Part shown: positions 40,521 through 50,348 of the stretch, in pieces | Layout: every line of letters begins with the position of its first letter | Position numbering within the stretch: position 1 is the stretch's first letter | Assembly (NCBI GenBank): GCA_046046455.1 | Contig: JBJOJS010000090.1 | Span: 10,718 to 74,717 of the forward strand | Direction of reading: 5' to 3' | DNA from: Actinomycetota bacterium | Lineage (GTDB): Bacteria; Actinomycetota; Actinomycetes; S36-B12 | Length of the DNA stretch: 64,000 nt | The notes under the pieces: generated by a model | The model's database searches: none | What the model was told of the DNA's origin: nothing | The model's input: only the letters and a program-made list of their open reading frames with translations | Translations under genes and position numbers: made by a program

Positions 40521-41171
40521 TCACTCCCCGAAGGGGAGCGGCTCCCGCGATTGATGCTCTCGCCCCGCCTGAGCGGCCGTCACCCCGCGGCGATGGTGGT
40601 CGCGGCACAGCACTTCGTAGGCGACCTGACCGGTGCCTCCCCCATCGACATCGCCCACCACGACCTGATCTCCATCGCGCACGATGGTGCCGTCGACCGT
40701 GCGGGCCTGGTGCGTGCCTCGGCGGCCGCACCAGCACAGAGCAGCCACCTGGAGCACCTCGACACGATCCGCGAGCTCGATGAGGCGCGCCGACCCGGGG
40801 AAGAGCCGGGTGCGGAAGTCAGTGGTGATGCCGAATGCATAGACGTCGATTCCGAACTCGTCCACGACATCGGCAAGCTGCTCGATCTGTGCGGGCGTGT
40901 AGAACTGGGCCTCGTCGCAGATGAGGTAGTCAAGTCGGCCACCTGCGGAAAGGTGGTCGACGACGACACGGCGCAGATCCAGTTGCGGCTCGACCTCGAT
41001 GGCATCGGCACGAAGGCCGAGTCGGCTCGACAGGACCGATGCCCCCGCCCGATCCATCTGGGTGAAGACGAGACCTGCACGGCCGCGGGAAGAGTGATTG
41101 TGGTCTGTTTGCAGGGCCAGTGTGGACTTGCCGCAGTCCATGGTCCCGGAGAAGAAGACGAGTTCAGCCAC
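40521..41171 (-). CDS. tdk: Thymidine kinase
   Basis: P-loop GTMDCGKST and zinc-site cysteines (CWCGRRGTHQAR, VLCRDHH). GTG 41171 (VAELVFFSG) overlaps the upstream gene's 3' end by 8 nt. Confidence 0.9.
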   Translation of the reverse strand: MAELVFFSGTMDCGKSTLALQTDHNHSSRGRAGLVFTQMDRAGASVLSSRLGLRADAIEVEPQLDLRRVVVDHLSAGGRLDYLICDEAQFYTPAQIEQLADVVDEFGIDVYAFGITTDFRTRLFPGSARLIELADRVEVLQVAALCWCGRRGTHQARTVDGTIVRDGDQVVVGDVDGGGTGQVAYEVLCRDHHRRGVTAAQAGREHQSREPLPFGE

Positions 41172-42303
41172 GTCCAGCTCCCCACGCCGCAAGCAAGGGA
41201 ATGTGCATCTCAGCCTCGGTCACCGACCCATGCTGGCCCAGGAGGCCCGACACGAGCGGATCGACCTCGCTCACGAGGATCGTGTCGCCCCTCGCCAGGA
41301 CCACGACGTCGCCGACGCGCTCGGCGTAGTCCTCGTCGGTGGGACCGAAGAGCCCACGGGCGACGGCCTCCTCGCGATCGAGGACGTAGGCCCGCTCAGC
41401 CAGGTGATCACGCCACGACGACGTCAGGGCTTCCGCTGAACCGGGTGCGCAGTAGACGTGGCGCAGTCGAGGCTCACCGGCGACCGTGATCACCGTGTCG
41501 AATCCCGGAAGCCCCTCGACGATCACCCGAGAGCTCGGTGGACAGTCGACCATGCCGTGGTCCGCGGTCACCACGAGCAGGTGGTCGTCATCGATCCTGT
41601 CGATGATGCGCGCGACGAGTGTCTCCACCGCCACAAGGGCGTCACGCCACTGCAGCGAGGCGACGCCGTAGACGTGCCCCATGCGATCCAGCTCCGACAC
41701 GTAGGCATAGCCGAGACCCCGCCGCTGTCCGACAACCGCGTCGCCGATGGCCCCATGGTTATCGGACCCGGCGTACTCACCCCCGCGGAGCACCGCTTGC
41801 GTCAGCCCACTCTGCGCATAGGCGCTGGCCCCGATACGTACCACGGGGAAACCCTCCCGAGCGACGCGCTCGAATACGGTGGGCTCCGGCTGGACGGCCA
41901 GAGGGTGGGGACCATCCGTCCACGACAGCGGATGCAGGATCTCGCCGTCCTCCGGGAGCCGGAATGCCGCGCCCACGATGCCGTGGGCGCCCGGTGGCAA
42001 GCCCGTGCCCAGGCTCGCCAGCGCAGTCGGCGTCGTCGACGGCACCGTCGTGCTCAGTCGCCGGTGGGACATCGCCGCGAGCGTGGGCGTGCTGTCCCGA
42101 TGGTGCTGCCAGGGCCACCACCCCAATCCATCGACGAGGAGCACCGTCACGGCGGCGGGCGGCCTCTCAGCGGCGCCACCCGCGAGCCGAGTGATGCCCA
42201 CGACGTCGGTGAAACCGGGTACGCCGAGCACGCTGGCCGCCGAAGGGAGCACGTCGGCCAGGGTCGCCGAACCGTAGGGCGGTGCCTCGGGACCCTCGCT
42301 CAC
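41164..42303 (-). CDS. Alkaline-phosphatase superfamily protein (nucleotide pyrophosphatase/phosphodiesterase-like)
   Basis: LLVDGLGW...VPSTTPTALASLGTGLPPGAHG (metal and nucleophile Thr region) and TADHGM. Confidence 0.7.
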   Translation of the reverse strand: MSEGPEAPPYGSATLADVLPSAASVLGVPGFTDVVGITRLAGGAAERPPAAVTVLLVDGLGWWPWQHHRDSTPTLAAMSHRRLSTTVPSTTPTALASLGTGLPPGAHGIVGAAFRLPEDGEILHPLSWTDGPHPLAVQPEPTVFERVAREGFPVVRIGASAYAQSGLTQAVLRGGEYAGSDNHGAIGDAVVGQRRGLGYAYVSELDRMGHVYGVASLQWRDALVAVETLVARIIDRIDDDHLLVVTADHGMVDCPPSSRVIVEGLPGFDTVITVAGEPRLRHVYCAPGSAEALTSSWRDHLAERAYVLDREEAVARGLFGPTDEDYAERVGDVVVLARGDTILVSEVDPLVSGLLGQHGSVTEAEMHIPLLAAWGAGRG

Positions 42304-42896
42304 CGCAGCCGGGCCGCCGTGGCCTCGGAGAGGGACGCGGCGAAGGCCAGCGTCTGCGTCACGACATCAGCACCGTCGGCAGCCTCCGACACGCGAAGGG
42401 ACAGATCGTCGTTGCTCGCCGTACCTGTGTAGCCGTGATCGGCATCGCATTCGGAATCCCCGCAGCCCGCCGGCTCGAGATCGATGCGCGCAACCGCGCC
42501 CCAGCCGATGGTGAGCACGACCTCGCGCATGGGCCCGCCGGCCTGATGCCGCGCGGGATTGGCCACGACGCGCGTCACCACGACCGAATCGACCTTCTCG
42601 AGGCGCACCGCCTCGGTCGAGGCCGAGGCGTACGGCTCCGGGCAGGTGTCATCGGGGCCGTGCTCGTCGGTGTGCCCGACGATGAGACGCGTGGGGGTGA
42701 GCACGAGGACGGTCACGTGACGTCGCAGCTCATCGCGGTCGAAGGTCGCCTCGTGGTGCACGACGTACGACACCAGTGGCTCACCCGCGAGCGCCGTCTC
42801 GAGGGCATCGGCGACGAGGGCCGGGTAGTAGCCGCTCCGCTCGATGTCGCCGCGGAGGCGGTGGTGCAGGGTGCCCGCATCCGTCATGGGCGACAT
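42300..42896 (-). CDS. DUF5998-like protein
   Basis: Only the C-terminal 198 codons of the 658-aa track ORF look genuine (MSPMTDAGTLHHRLRGDIERSGYYPALVADALE...). 4-nt overlap with the phosphodiesterase gene. Family name from recollection. Confidence 0.55.
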   Translation of the reverse strand: MSPMTDAGTLHHRLRGDIERSGYYPALVADALETALAGEPLVSYVVHHEATFDRDELRRHVTVLVLTPTRLIVGHTDEHGPDDTCPEPYASASTEAVRLEKVDSVVVTRVVANPARHQAGGPMREVVLTIGWGAVARIDLEPAGCGDSECDADHGYTGTASNDDLSLRVSEAADGADVVTQTLAFAASLSEATAARLR

Positions 42897-42956
42897 CCTC
42901 CCATCCCCGTGGCGGACCCGCGCGGAGGCCACGAGGGGAGACGTTACGGTGCCCGT

Positions 42957-43862
42957 ATGCCTCCCAGCCTGGAGTACTCGGACGAGGTCGCCGCTGCCCT
43001 GCGGGACGGTCGGCCCCTTGTGGCACTGGAATCCACCATCATCAGCCACGGGCTCCCCCGACCCGAGAACCTCCGGGTCGCACGCGAGGTCGAGCAGACA
43101 GTGCGTTCGCAGGGTGCCGTCCCGGCGACCATCGCCATCCTCGACGGCCGCGTGCGCATCGGCCTGACCGACGCCGAGCTGGCCCGTGTCGCTGATCTCG
43201 ACGACATCGTCAAGGTCAGCGTCCGCGACATTGCCACGGTGGTGGCTCGGGGAGGCCACGGGGCGACGACGGTCGCAGCGACGAGCCACCTGGCGCATCT
43301 TGCCGGTATCCGCGTCTTCGCCACCGGTGGTCTCGGAGGCGTGCATCGTCAAGCGCGTGAGACCTGGGATGAATCGGCCGATCTCACGTCGCTGTCCACC
43401 ACCCCGGTCATCGTCGTGTGCTCGGGCGTGAAGTCGATCCTGGATGTGCCGGCCACCCTGGAGCGACTGGAGACACTCAACGTCGCCATCGTCGGCTTCG
43501 GGACATCGCACTTCCCCGGCTTCTACCTCACCGACTCGGGGAGCCGCGTCGACTGGCAGGTCGACACCGCCGAGGACATCGCGACCATCAGTCGAGTACG
43601 CCGCGACCTGGATATCCCCGGCGCCCTGGTCGTGGCGCACCCGCTGCCCGAGGATCTGCAGATGGATCCCGACCTCCACGACCGGCTTCTCGCCGAGGGA
43701 CTCGCCCAGGCGGAGAGCTCTGGGATCCGCGGCAAGGACGTGACACCCTTCCTCCTCGACTACTTCCACCGAGCCTCGGGTGGGGTCAGCCTCCAGGCCA
43801 ACACCGAGATCATCCTGCGCAACGCCGATCTGGCGGCGCGGGTGGCCGTGGCGGACGCGTAA
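42957..43862 (+). CDS. psuG: Pseudouridine-5'-phosphate glycosidase
   Basis: VALESTIISHGLPRPENL, VFATGGLGGVH and CSGVKSILD motifs of the IndA/PsuG family. ATG 42957 is in frame with track ORF 42282. Confidence 0.88.
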   Translation: MPPSLEYSDEVAAALRDGRPLVALESTIISHGLPRPENLRVAREVEQTVRSQGAVPATIAILDGRVRIGLTDAELARVADLDDIVKVSVRDIATVVARGGHGATTVAATSHLAHLAGIRVFATGGLGGVHRQARETWDESADLTSLSTTPVIVVCSGVKSILDVPATLERLETLNVAIVGFGTSHFPGFYLTDSGSRVDWQVDTAEDIATISRVRRDLDIPGALVVAHPLPEDLQMDPDLHDRLLAEGLAQAESSGIRGKDVTPFLLDYFHRASGGVSLQANTEIILRNADLAARVAVADA

Positions 43863-43871
43863 GTCGCGACC

Positions 43872-44759
43872 GTGCCGCCCGCACCCACCATCCACGTCGT
43901 CGGCGAGCTCATGATCGACGTGATCGCGCGAGTGCACACCGCGCCCGCACCGGGCTCCGATGCGCCGGCGACGATCACCGAGAGCGACGGTGGATCCGCG
44001 GCTAACGTCGCCGCCTGGCTGGCACATCTCGATGCATCCGTCCGCTTCGTCGCGCGGGTGGGTGCCGATGCCTCGGGGGACGCCGCGCTCCGTCGACTGT
44101 CGGCAGCCGGCGTCGATGTGAAGGCTGCTCGCGACCGGCTTCACCCCACCGGTCGCTGCGTCGTCGTCGTCACCCTCGACGGAGAGCGCACGATGTTCCC
44201 CGACCCTGGGGCCAATGCGCACCTGTCGGCTACGGACATCGATCCGACCGACTGGCAGGCCGGCGAGCACCTCCACATGAGCGGCTACTCACTCATCCGG
44301 GAGGGCTCGCGCGCGGCCGCCCTGCAGGCAATGGAACGCGCACGCCTGGTGGGGCTCACGGTGAGCATCGACGCGTCATCCGAGGCGCCGCTCCTCGCGG
44401 TAGGGCCCGAGACCTTCCTCGGGTGGCTCGCTCCCACCGATGTCCTCTTCGCCAACGCCGCCGAGGCACGTGCCCTCACGGGCACGGCCGATGCCGCGCG
44501 CGCGGTGGACGCGCTCGTCATGCGGGGCCTCACGGCTGTCGTCAAGGTGGGAGGCGACGGGGCGCTGGCGGGAAGCCGCGAGGGCCGCTGGAGGGCCCCG
44601 GCCTCGCCCGCGATCGCCCAGGACAGCACGGGTGCCGGCGATGCCTTCGCCGCCGGTTTCCTCGCCTGCTGGACGCGGAACGGCGATATGGAGGCTGCAC
44701 TGGATTCCGCCACGCGGACGGCGGCGCGTGCCGTGTCTCGACCGGGTGGTCGCCCGTAG
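43872..44759 (+). CDS. PfkB-family carbohydrate/nucleoside kinase (pseudouridine kinase candidate)
   Basis: Ribokinase-like fold with the C-terminal DSTGAGDAFAAGF anion-hole motif. Lies 9 nt downstream of psuG. Confidence 0.7.
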   Translation: MPPAPTIHVVGELMIDVIARVHTAPAPGSDAPATITESDGGSAANVAAWLAHLDASVRFVARVGADASGDAALRRLSAAGVDVKAARDRLHPTGRCVVVVTLDGERTMFPDPGANAHLSATDIDPTDWQAGEHLHMSGYSLIREGSRAAALQAMERARLVGLTVSIDASSEAPLLAVGPETFLGWLAPTDVLFANAAEARALTGTADAARAVDALVMRGLTAVVKVGGDGALAGSREGRWRAPASPAIAQDSTGAGDAFAAGFLACWTRNGDMEAALDSATRTAARAVSRPGGRP

Positions 44760-44768
44760 GCTCTCGGC

Positions 44769-47198
44769 GTGGCACGCAAAGGCGAACCGGTGGATCGCAT
44801 CATCGACGTCGACGTCGACAGCGAGATGCGCAACTCCTTCCTCGAGTACGCCTACTCCGTCATCTACTCCCGCGCCCTCCCCGATGCCCGCGACGGGCTC
44901 AAGCCCGTGCAGCGCCGGATCATCTTCCAGATGCACCAGATGGGCCTTCGCCCTGACCGTGGCCACGTCAAGAGCGCACGCGTGGTCGGCGAAGTCATGG
45001 GCCGCCTCCACCCCCACGGGGACTCCGCGATCTACGACGCCCTCGTCCGGATGGCGCAACCCTTCACCCTCCGGCTGCCCCTCGTCGACGGCCACGGCAA
45101 CTTCGGATCCCCCGATGACGGTCCCGCCGCCATGCGCTACACCGAGTGCCGGCTCGCACCGTCGGCACTCGCTCTGGCCGAGTCGCTGGATGAGGATGTC
45201 GTCGACTTCGTCCCCAACTACGACGGTCGCGAGCTCGAACCCACGGTCCTTCCGGCGGGTTTCCCCGCCCTCCTGGTCAACGGCGCAGCCGGGATCGCCG
45301 TGGGTATGGCCACGTCGATGGCGCCGCACAATCTCGGAGAGGTAGTAGCGGCCGCACGCCACCTGGTCCTGCATCCCGACGCCACCCTCGACGAGCTCAT
45401 TCGCTTCGTGCCGGGTCCCGACCTTCCCGGAGGGGGCACGATCCTCGGCCTGGACGGAGTCCGCGAGGCCTATGCCACCGGCCGCGGATCCTTCCGCGTG
45501 CGCGCCACCGCGCGTATCGAGCAGGTGAGCCCGCGGCGGCGCGGCATCGTGGTGACCGAGCTCCCGCCCGGAGTCGGTCCCGAGCGCGTCATCGAGCGCA
45601 TCAAGGATCTCGTGACCAGCAAGAAGTTGCAGGGCATCTCGGACCTGCTCGACCTCACCGACGGAGAGCACGGACTGCGGCTTGTGATCGAACTCGCGCC
45701 CTCCGTCAATCCCGAGGCCATGCTCGATCAGCTCTACCGGATGACGCCGCTCGAGGACCCCTTCACGATCAACGCCGTCACGCTCGTGGACGGTGAGCCC
45801 CGCACCCTGGGCCTGCGTGAGTTGCTCGAGGTCTTCGTGGATCACCGCCGCGAGGTCGTGCGTCGTCGCAGCGAGCACAGACGCACGCGCGCCCGTGAGC
45901 GGCTCCATCTGGTCGACGGGCTCCTCATCGCTATCGTCGACATCGACGAGGTCATCCAGCTCATCCGCGCGAGCGATGACACCGCCGCCGCGCGCGAGCG
46001 CCTCATGACCGTCTTCGACCTCTCCCACGAGCAGGCGACGTACATCCTCGAGATGCCGCTTCGGCGACTGACTAAGTTCTCGCGCATTGAGTTGGAGTCC
46101 GAGCGCGATGAGCTCGGGCGCACCATCGAGCACCTCACCCAGATCATCGACGACGAGGCCCGACTGCGCGAGGTCGTGGCCGAGGAATTGCTCGCCGTCG
46201 CCGAGGAGCACGCGTCACCCCGTCGCACCATCCTGCTCGAGGATGCCGGCACGCCACGCACCGCGGCGGCACCAGCCTCGCTCGAACTCCCCGACTCCCC
46301 CTGCCGGGTGCTCCTGTCCGGCACCGGGCTCATCGCGCGCACCAACGGCTCCGACATCTCCACGACAGGCCCACGCGCGGCGCACGACGTCATCGTGAGC
46401 GCCACGGTCGCCACGGGCCGGGGCGAGGTCGCGGTGCTCACGAGCGCAGGACGGGCCGTGCGCCTGCCCGTGGTGGAGATGCCGATCCTGCCCCCCTCCG
46501 CCCATGCCCCCGCTCTGGCGGGAGGCGCGCCCCTCGGCGCGCTACTCGATCTCGAGCCCGGCGAGCGCGTCGTGGGACTCGCCGAGGTCAGCGAACCCCC
46601 CGCGGTGGTTGTCCTCGGCACACGGCAGGGCATCGTCAAGAGGGTCGCCATCCAGGGCCCCCCGACGCGTCGGGACTGGGATCTCATCGCCCTGGCCGAC
46701 GGGGACGAGGTGGTCGGCGCGCAGGAGACCGCTCCGGGCGATGACATCGTCCTCATCACCTCCGACGCGCAGGCGCTGCGATTCCCCGCGGATGCCGTGA
46801 GACCCCAGGGCCGCTCGGCAGCGGGGATGGCAGGCATCCGCCTCGCGGAGGGCGCGGAACTCATCGCCTGCTGCGCGGTCGACGGCGATGATCCCGAAGC
46901 CGTGATCGTCACGGTCGCGGGCTCACGGTCGGCGCTGCCGGGCACGTCGGCCTTCACGGCCAAGGTCACCCCGCTGGTCGAGATCCCGCGCAAGGGCCGC
47001 GGCACCGCGGGCGTGCGATCGCACCGCTTCCTGCGCTTCGAGGACGTGCTCGTCCTCAGCTGGGCCGGTGTCGGTCCTGTGCGCGCATCTGCCGCCTCCG
47101 GCACACCTCTCGATCTGCCCGACGGCGCAGGCAAGCGCGATGCATCGGGCACCCCTCTGAGCGGTCCGGTGGCGAGCATCGGCGGACCGCCGCGATGA
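44769..47198 (+). CDS. parC: Type IIA topoisomerase subunit A (topoisomerase IV ParC-like)
   Basis: 809 aa, GTG start. Contains [18 protein letters not shown], the catalytic-Tyr region [10 protein letters not shown], and a C-terminal beta-pinwheel without an obvious GyrA box. Confidence 0.85.
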   Translation: MARKGEPVDRIIDVDVDSEMRNSFLEYAYSVIYSRALPDARDGLKPVQRRIIFQMHQMGLRPDRGHVKSARVVGEVMGRLHPHGDSAIYDALVRMAQPFTLRLPLVDGHGNFGSPDDGPAAMRYTECRLAPSALALAESLDEDVVDFVPNYDGRELEPTVLPAGFPALLVNGAAGIAVGMATSMAPHNLGEVVAAARHLVLHPDATLDELIRFVPGPDLPGGGTILGLDGVREAYATGRGSFRVRATARIEQVSPRRRGIVVTELPPGVGPERVIERIKDLVTSKKLQGISDLLDLTDGEHGLRLVIELAPSVNPEAMLDQLYRMTPLEDPFTINAVTLVDGEPRTLGLRELLEVFVDHRREVVRRRSEHRRTRARERLHLVDGLLIAIVDIDEVIQLIRASDDTAAARERLMTVFDLSHEQATYILEMPLRRLTKFSRIELESERDELGRTIEHLTQIIDDEARLREVVAEELLAVAEEHASPRRTILLEDAGTPRTAAAPASLELPDSPCRVLLSGTGLIARTNGSDISTTGPRAAHDVIVSATVATGRGEVAVLTSAGRAVRLPVVEMPILPPSAHAPALAGGAPLGALLDLEPGERVVGLAEVSEPPAVVVLGTRQGIVKRVAIQGPPTRRDWDLIALADGDEVVGAQETAPGDDIVLITSDAQALRFPADAVRPQGRSAAGMAGIRLAEGAELIACCAVDGDDPEAVIVTVAGSRSALPGTSAFTAKVTPLVEIPRKGRGTAGVRSHRFLRFEDVLVLSWAGVGPVRASAASGTPLDLPDGAGKRDASGTPLSGPVASIGGPPR

Positions 47199-48022
47199 CT
47201 CGCTGCGCCGAGACCGCGGCAGCAGAGCCCCTCTCCGGCACCGCCCCCCGCGCTCGCTGGTGGTGGCTCATCGAGGTGCCGGGGGCATGGGGACGCAAGG
47301 CCATCGCGGACTGTCGCGTCCCCGCCGTCCGCTCGCTCTCCTCGGATGAGGATCGCCGGGTCCTCCTGGTACGCCGACCCGGACGACACCCCGCTACCGA
47401 TGCCCGCTCGCCGCTGCGCGTCTGGATCGCGGGCGCGCTGCCCGATGATCCGCCTCCACGAATCGCCATCGCCGACGACCCGGACGAGATCCGGCAGTGG
47501 CCGATCGAGGGTCCCGCCTCGGCCGTGGCCGACCCCGATGCACCGATCCTGGCCGTGTGCACCAATTCCTCCCGGGATGCGTGCTGCGGCATCGACGGTC
47601 GCGCGCTCGTCACCTCCCTGTCGGCGTCATCCGGTGTCTGGGAGTGCTCGCACCTCGGAGGGCATCGCTTCGCTCCCACGGCGCTGCTGGTCCGGTCGGG
47701 GCTCGTCTACGGGCGTCTCACTGAGCCGATCGCCCGTCATCTCCTCGTGCACGGCCCCGACCCCGAGACCAGCGCCTGGATACGCGGCCGCAGCGCCCTC
47801 GAGCCAGCGATCCAGGCGGCCGAGGCCCATCTCCTCGCACGGGGCACCCGACCCGATGTTGCAGGCGTGCACGTGGAGCACCAGGCACCCGATCGCGCCC
47901 GCGTCACCTTCTCCGGCCATGGCAGCCTCGAGCTCTCCCTCGTCTCGGGCGAGCCGCGACCGGCCTCCTGCGGTGCCGCACCGGAGGCCTGGTCCGCGTG
48001 GCGCGTCGTTGATCCGGCCTAG
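47195..48022 (+). CDS. Sucrase/ferredoxin-like (thioredoxin-like [2Fe-2S]) family protein
   Basis: [11 protein letters not shown] and [11 protein letters not shown] cysteine motifs. ATGA overlap with parC. Its stop shares CTAG with the convergent fprA stop. Confidence 0.65.
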   Translation: MTRCAETAAAEPLSGTAPRARWWWLIEVPGAWGRKAIADCRVPAVRSLSSDEDRRVLLVRRPGRHPATDARSPLRVWIAGALPDDPPPRIAIADDPDEIRQWPIEGPASAVADPDAPILAVCTNSSRDACCGIDGRALVTSLSASSGVWECSHLGGHRFAPTALLVRSGLVYGRLTEPIARHLLVHGPDPETSAWIRGRSALEPAIQAAEAHLLARGTRPDVAGVHVEHQAPDRARVTFSGHGSLELSLVSGEPRPASCGAAPEAWSAWRVVDPA

Positions 48023-49374
48023 GCCCTGGCTGCATCCAGGAGCGCCTCGCGCTCGTGGATGGTCGTGCGATCCCGCTCACGGGTCGCACCCAGAGCCCGC
48101 TCGGCGGCATCGATTCGCCGCCAGCCCGGCACGTCCACAACCACGACCTGCGCCAGCGCTTCGTCAACCGATCCCGGTTGCGGCATCGAGGCGGTCCACG
48201 TCTGCGGGTCCGCGAGGTCCTCGAGCAGACAGGAGATCGTCTGCACGGCGTCCTTCTTGTTGGTCCCGATGATGCCGGTGGGCCCACGCTTGATCCAGCC
48301 GGCGACGTAGAGACCTGGAATCGGATCCTCCCCGTCGAGCACGCGCCCCTCGCGATTGGGGATGACGTTGCGACGGTCGTCGAAGGGCACCCCCTCGATG
48401 GCAGTGCCGCGATAGCCGACGCTGCGGATCACGCCGTCGACGGGGATGACGTGCGTCTCCCCCGTGCCCGAAGCTTGGCCCTCCTCATCGAGCACCGTGG
48501 TTTCGACCACGAGTGCCTCGACACGATCCGTGCCCAGGATCTCGACGGGACGGCAGCGGAAATGCAGGTGGATCGTCCGAGCACGCCCGTCATCGACGTG
48601 CGATGCCCAGCCCTCGATGACCGCCACATTGCGGGCGACGGCCTTGTCCTCCGCGATCGACCGCTGACTGGCCGGATCATCGATCTCGCCGCCTTCAGCG
48701 ATGAGCACCTGGGTCTCCTCGAGTTCCCCCAGCTCGCGGAGTTCCTTCGTCGTCCACGTCGCCTGTGCAGGGCCGCGTCGTCCCACGAGGTGCACGTCAC
48801 GGATTCCCGATCCACGCAGGGCGGCGAAGACGTGCTCGGGCATGTCGGTGTGCTCGATCTCGCCGGGCGCCTTCGACAGCACGCGCGTGACGTCGACGGC
48901 GACATTGCCCACCCCGATCACGGCCACACCCCGTGAACCGGAGAGGAAGTCGACAAAGGCGTCTGGTCGGGTATCGGGATGACCGGTGTACCAATTGACG
49001 AAGTCTGTGGCGGCGATGCTGCCCGGCAGGTCCTCGCCCGGGATGCCCAGCGATCGATCGCGAGAGGCTCCGTAGGTGAACACGATCGCGTCGTAGAACT
49101 CGCGGAGCTGATCGAGTGTGAGGTCCCTACCGATCTCGACGTTGCCGAGGAAGCGCACGCTCGGATGGTCAAGCACCTTGTCGAGTGTGTCGCGCACCGA
49201 GCGAATGCTCAGGTGGTCGGGCGCGACGCCGTAGCGCACGAGCCCGAAGGGACTGGGGAGCTTGTCGATGATGTCGACCGACACCGGGATGTCGGACTGT
49301 CCGACGAGGGCGTCTGCGGCATACATGCCTGATGGGCCCGAGCCGATGACGGCGACGCGCAGGGGGCGGGTCAT
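48019..49374 (-). CDS. fprA: FprA/adrenodoxin-reductase-type ferredoxin--NADP(+) reductase
   Basis: VAVIGSGPSGMYAA (FAD) and VAVIGVGNVAVDV (NADP) dinucleotide motifs. Length of 451 aa and overall pattern resemble mycobacterial FprA. Confidence 0.8.
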   Translation of the reverse strand: MTRPLRVAVIGSGPSGMYAADALVGQSDIPVSVDIIDKLPSPFGLVRYGVAPDHLSIRSVRDTLDKVLDHPSVRFLGNVEIGRDLTLDQLREFYDAIVFTYGASRDRSLGIPGEDLPGSIAATDFVNWYTGHPDTRPDAFVDFLSGSRGVAVIGVGNVAVDVTRVLSKAPGEIEHTDMPEHVFAALRGSGIRDVHLVGRRGPAQATWTTKELRELGELEETQVLIAEGGEIDDPASQRSIAEDKAVARNVAVIEGWASHVDDGRARTIHLHFRCRPVEILGTDRVEALVVETTVLDEEGQASGTGETHVIPVDGVIRSVGYRGTAIEGVPFDDRRNVIPNREGRVLDGEDPIPGLYVAGWIKRGPTGIIGTNKKDAVQTISCLLEDLADPQTWTASMPQPGSVDEALAQVVVVDVPGWRRIDAAERALGATRERDRTTIHEREALLDAARA

Positions 49375-49383
49375 GGCGACTCC

Positions 49384-50025
49384 TTAGGTCAGGCCGAGCA
49401 GCTGGCGAGCACGCGCGAACCCAGGTGCGGGATCGACGGGGTCGAGATGCACGCACTGCATCCCCACAGACTCGGCTCCGGCGATATTGACGGGCTGATC
49501 ATCGATAAAGACACACTCCGACGGCTCAACCCCCATGCGCTCAGCCATCAGGAGGTAAGCGCGGGAATCGGGCTTGTGAACGCCGTCGGTCCGGCCATCC
49601 ACCATGTGGTCGAACTCGCGGAGGATCGTCATGCGGTCCAACCAATCCTGGTCGTGGAAGGCGGTCAGGTCGTTGGTGAGGATCCCGACCGACAGGCCCG
49701 CAGCCTTGGCGTCGGTGATGAGTTGCCGCGCGGCAGGGCGAACCAACTCGTCCTCACTGCCCGAGTACAAATGCGCCATGAAGTTGGGCATCTCGGCGGG
49801 TTCGCCGCTCAGAGTCGCGAACTCCTGACACCGGCGCGCCCAGTACTCGCGCTCGTTCATCCCGCCGGACTGGAACACCTGCCAATCGGCATCCGCATCC
49901 GGATCGAAGGGCCCGGTCCAGGCCAAGGTGCCAGGGGCTAACCCCAGAGAGCGCTCTCCGACGGCGCGCAGTTCGAAGGGGGTCAGCAGCACAGGACCGC
50001 CGAAGTCGAAGACGAGAGCGGTCAT
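49384..50025 (-). CDS. HAD-superfamily hydrolase (subfamily IA-like), putative phosphatase
   Basis: ATG 50025 gives MTALVFDFGGPV. Motif I is DxG, with Gly in place of the second Asp. Motif III/IV region is KPD...FIDDQ. Its stop lies 9 nt before the fprA start. Confidence 0.65.
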   Translation of the reverse strand: MTALVFDFGGPVLLTPFELRAVGERSLGLAPGTLAWTGPFDPDADADWQVFQSGGMNEREYWARRCQEFATLSGEPAEMPNFMAHLYSGSEDELVRPAARQLITDAKAAGLSVGILTNDLTAFHDQDWLDRMTILREFDHMVDGRTDGVHKPDSRAYLLMAERMGVEPSECVFIDDQPVNIAGAESVGMQCVHLDPVDPAPGFARARQLLGLT

Positions 50026-50054
50026 GGTGATGCCTGGGAGATGGTGACCATCCC

Positions 50055-50348
50055 TCAGTGCTCCTCCTCCGAGATCGTCACCATGTCGTAGCGCACAACA
50101 TCGCCGAACCAGCCGCATTCGCCGCACCAGGTCATGAAGACGCGCTGATCCGCCATCCAGTACTCGGTCGAGATCCCGCCGTGGGTCTCGATGCTGGCCG
50201 CACACATCGGGCAGAACTTCGGACGGTCCAGCAGGTGCTGCTCCGCATCCTTGGCGAACCAGGCACCCGGCGGGGGAAGCCGATGGGGGTCCGGCGGGAG
50301 TTCGCTCAACGCAATCCTCGCCTCACGTGCGACGACGTCATCACGCAC
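50055..50348 (-). CDS. Cys4 zinc-ribbon / rubredoxin-like miniprotein (about 97 aa), start uncertain
   Basis: CPMC and CGEC knuckles 25 residues apart (FCPMCAASIETHGG...TWCGECGWFG). GTG 50348 overlaps the end of the Rieske oxygenase gene (GTGCGTGA). The track start 50471 lies inside that gene. Confidence 0.5.
   Translation of the reverse strand: MRDDVVAREARIALSELPPDPHRLPPPGAWFAKDAEQHLLDRPKFCPMCAASIETHGGISTEYWMADQRVFMTWCGECGWFGDVVRYDMVTISEEEH

Noticed and set aside
42897-44276. N-terminal 460 codons of the 658-aa minus-strand track ORF (42300..44276)
   Set aside because: They run antisense to psuG and the PfkB kinase, both of which have clear family motifs. The sequence is Arg/Gly/Asp-rich, as expected for a shadow frame in high-GC DNA. 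Only the C-terminal 198 codons (DUF5998-like) look genuine.
44376-47389. Long minus-strand ORFs of 611 aa and 515 aa antisense to parC
   Set aside because: parC on the plus strand has unmistakable type IIA topoisomerase motifs. The antisense ORFs are low-complexity Arg/Ser/Ala-rich products typical of stop-poor antisense frames.
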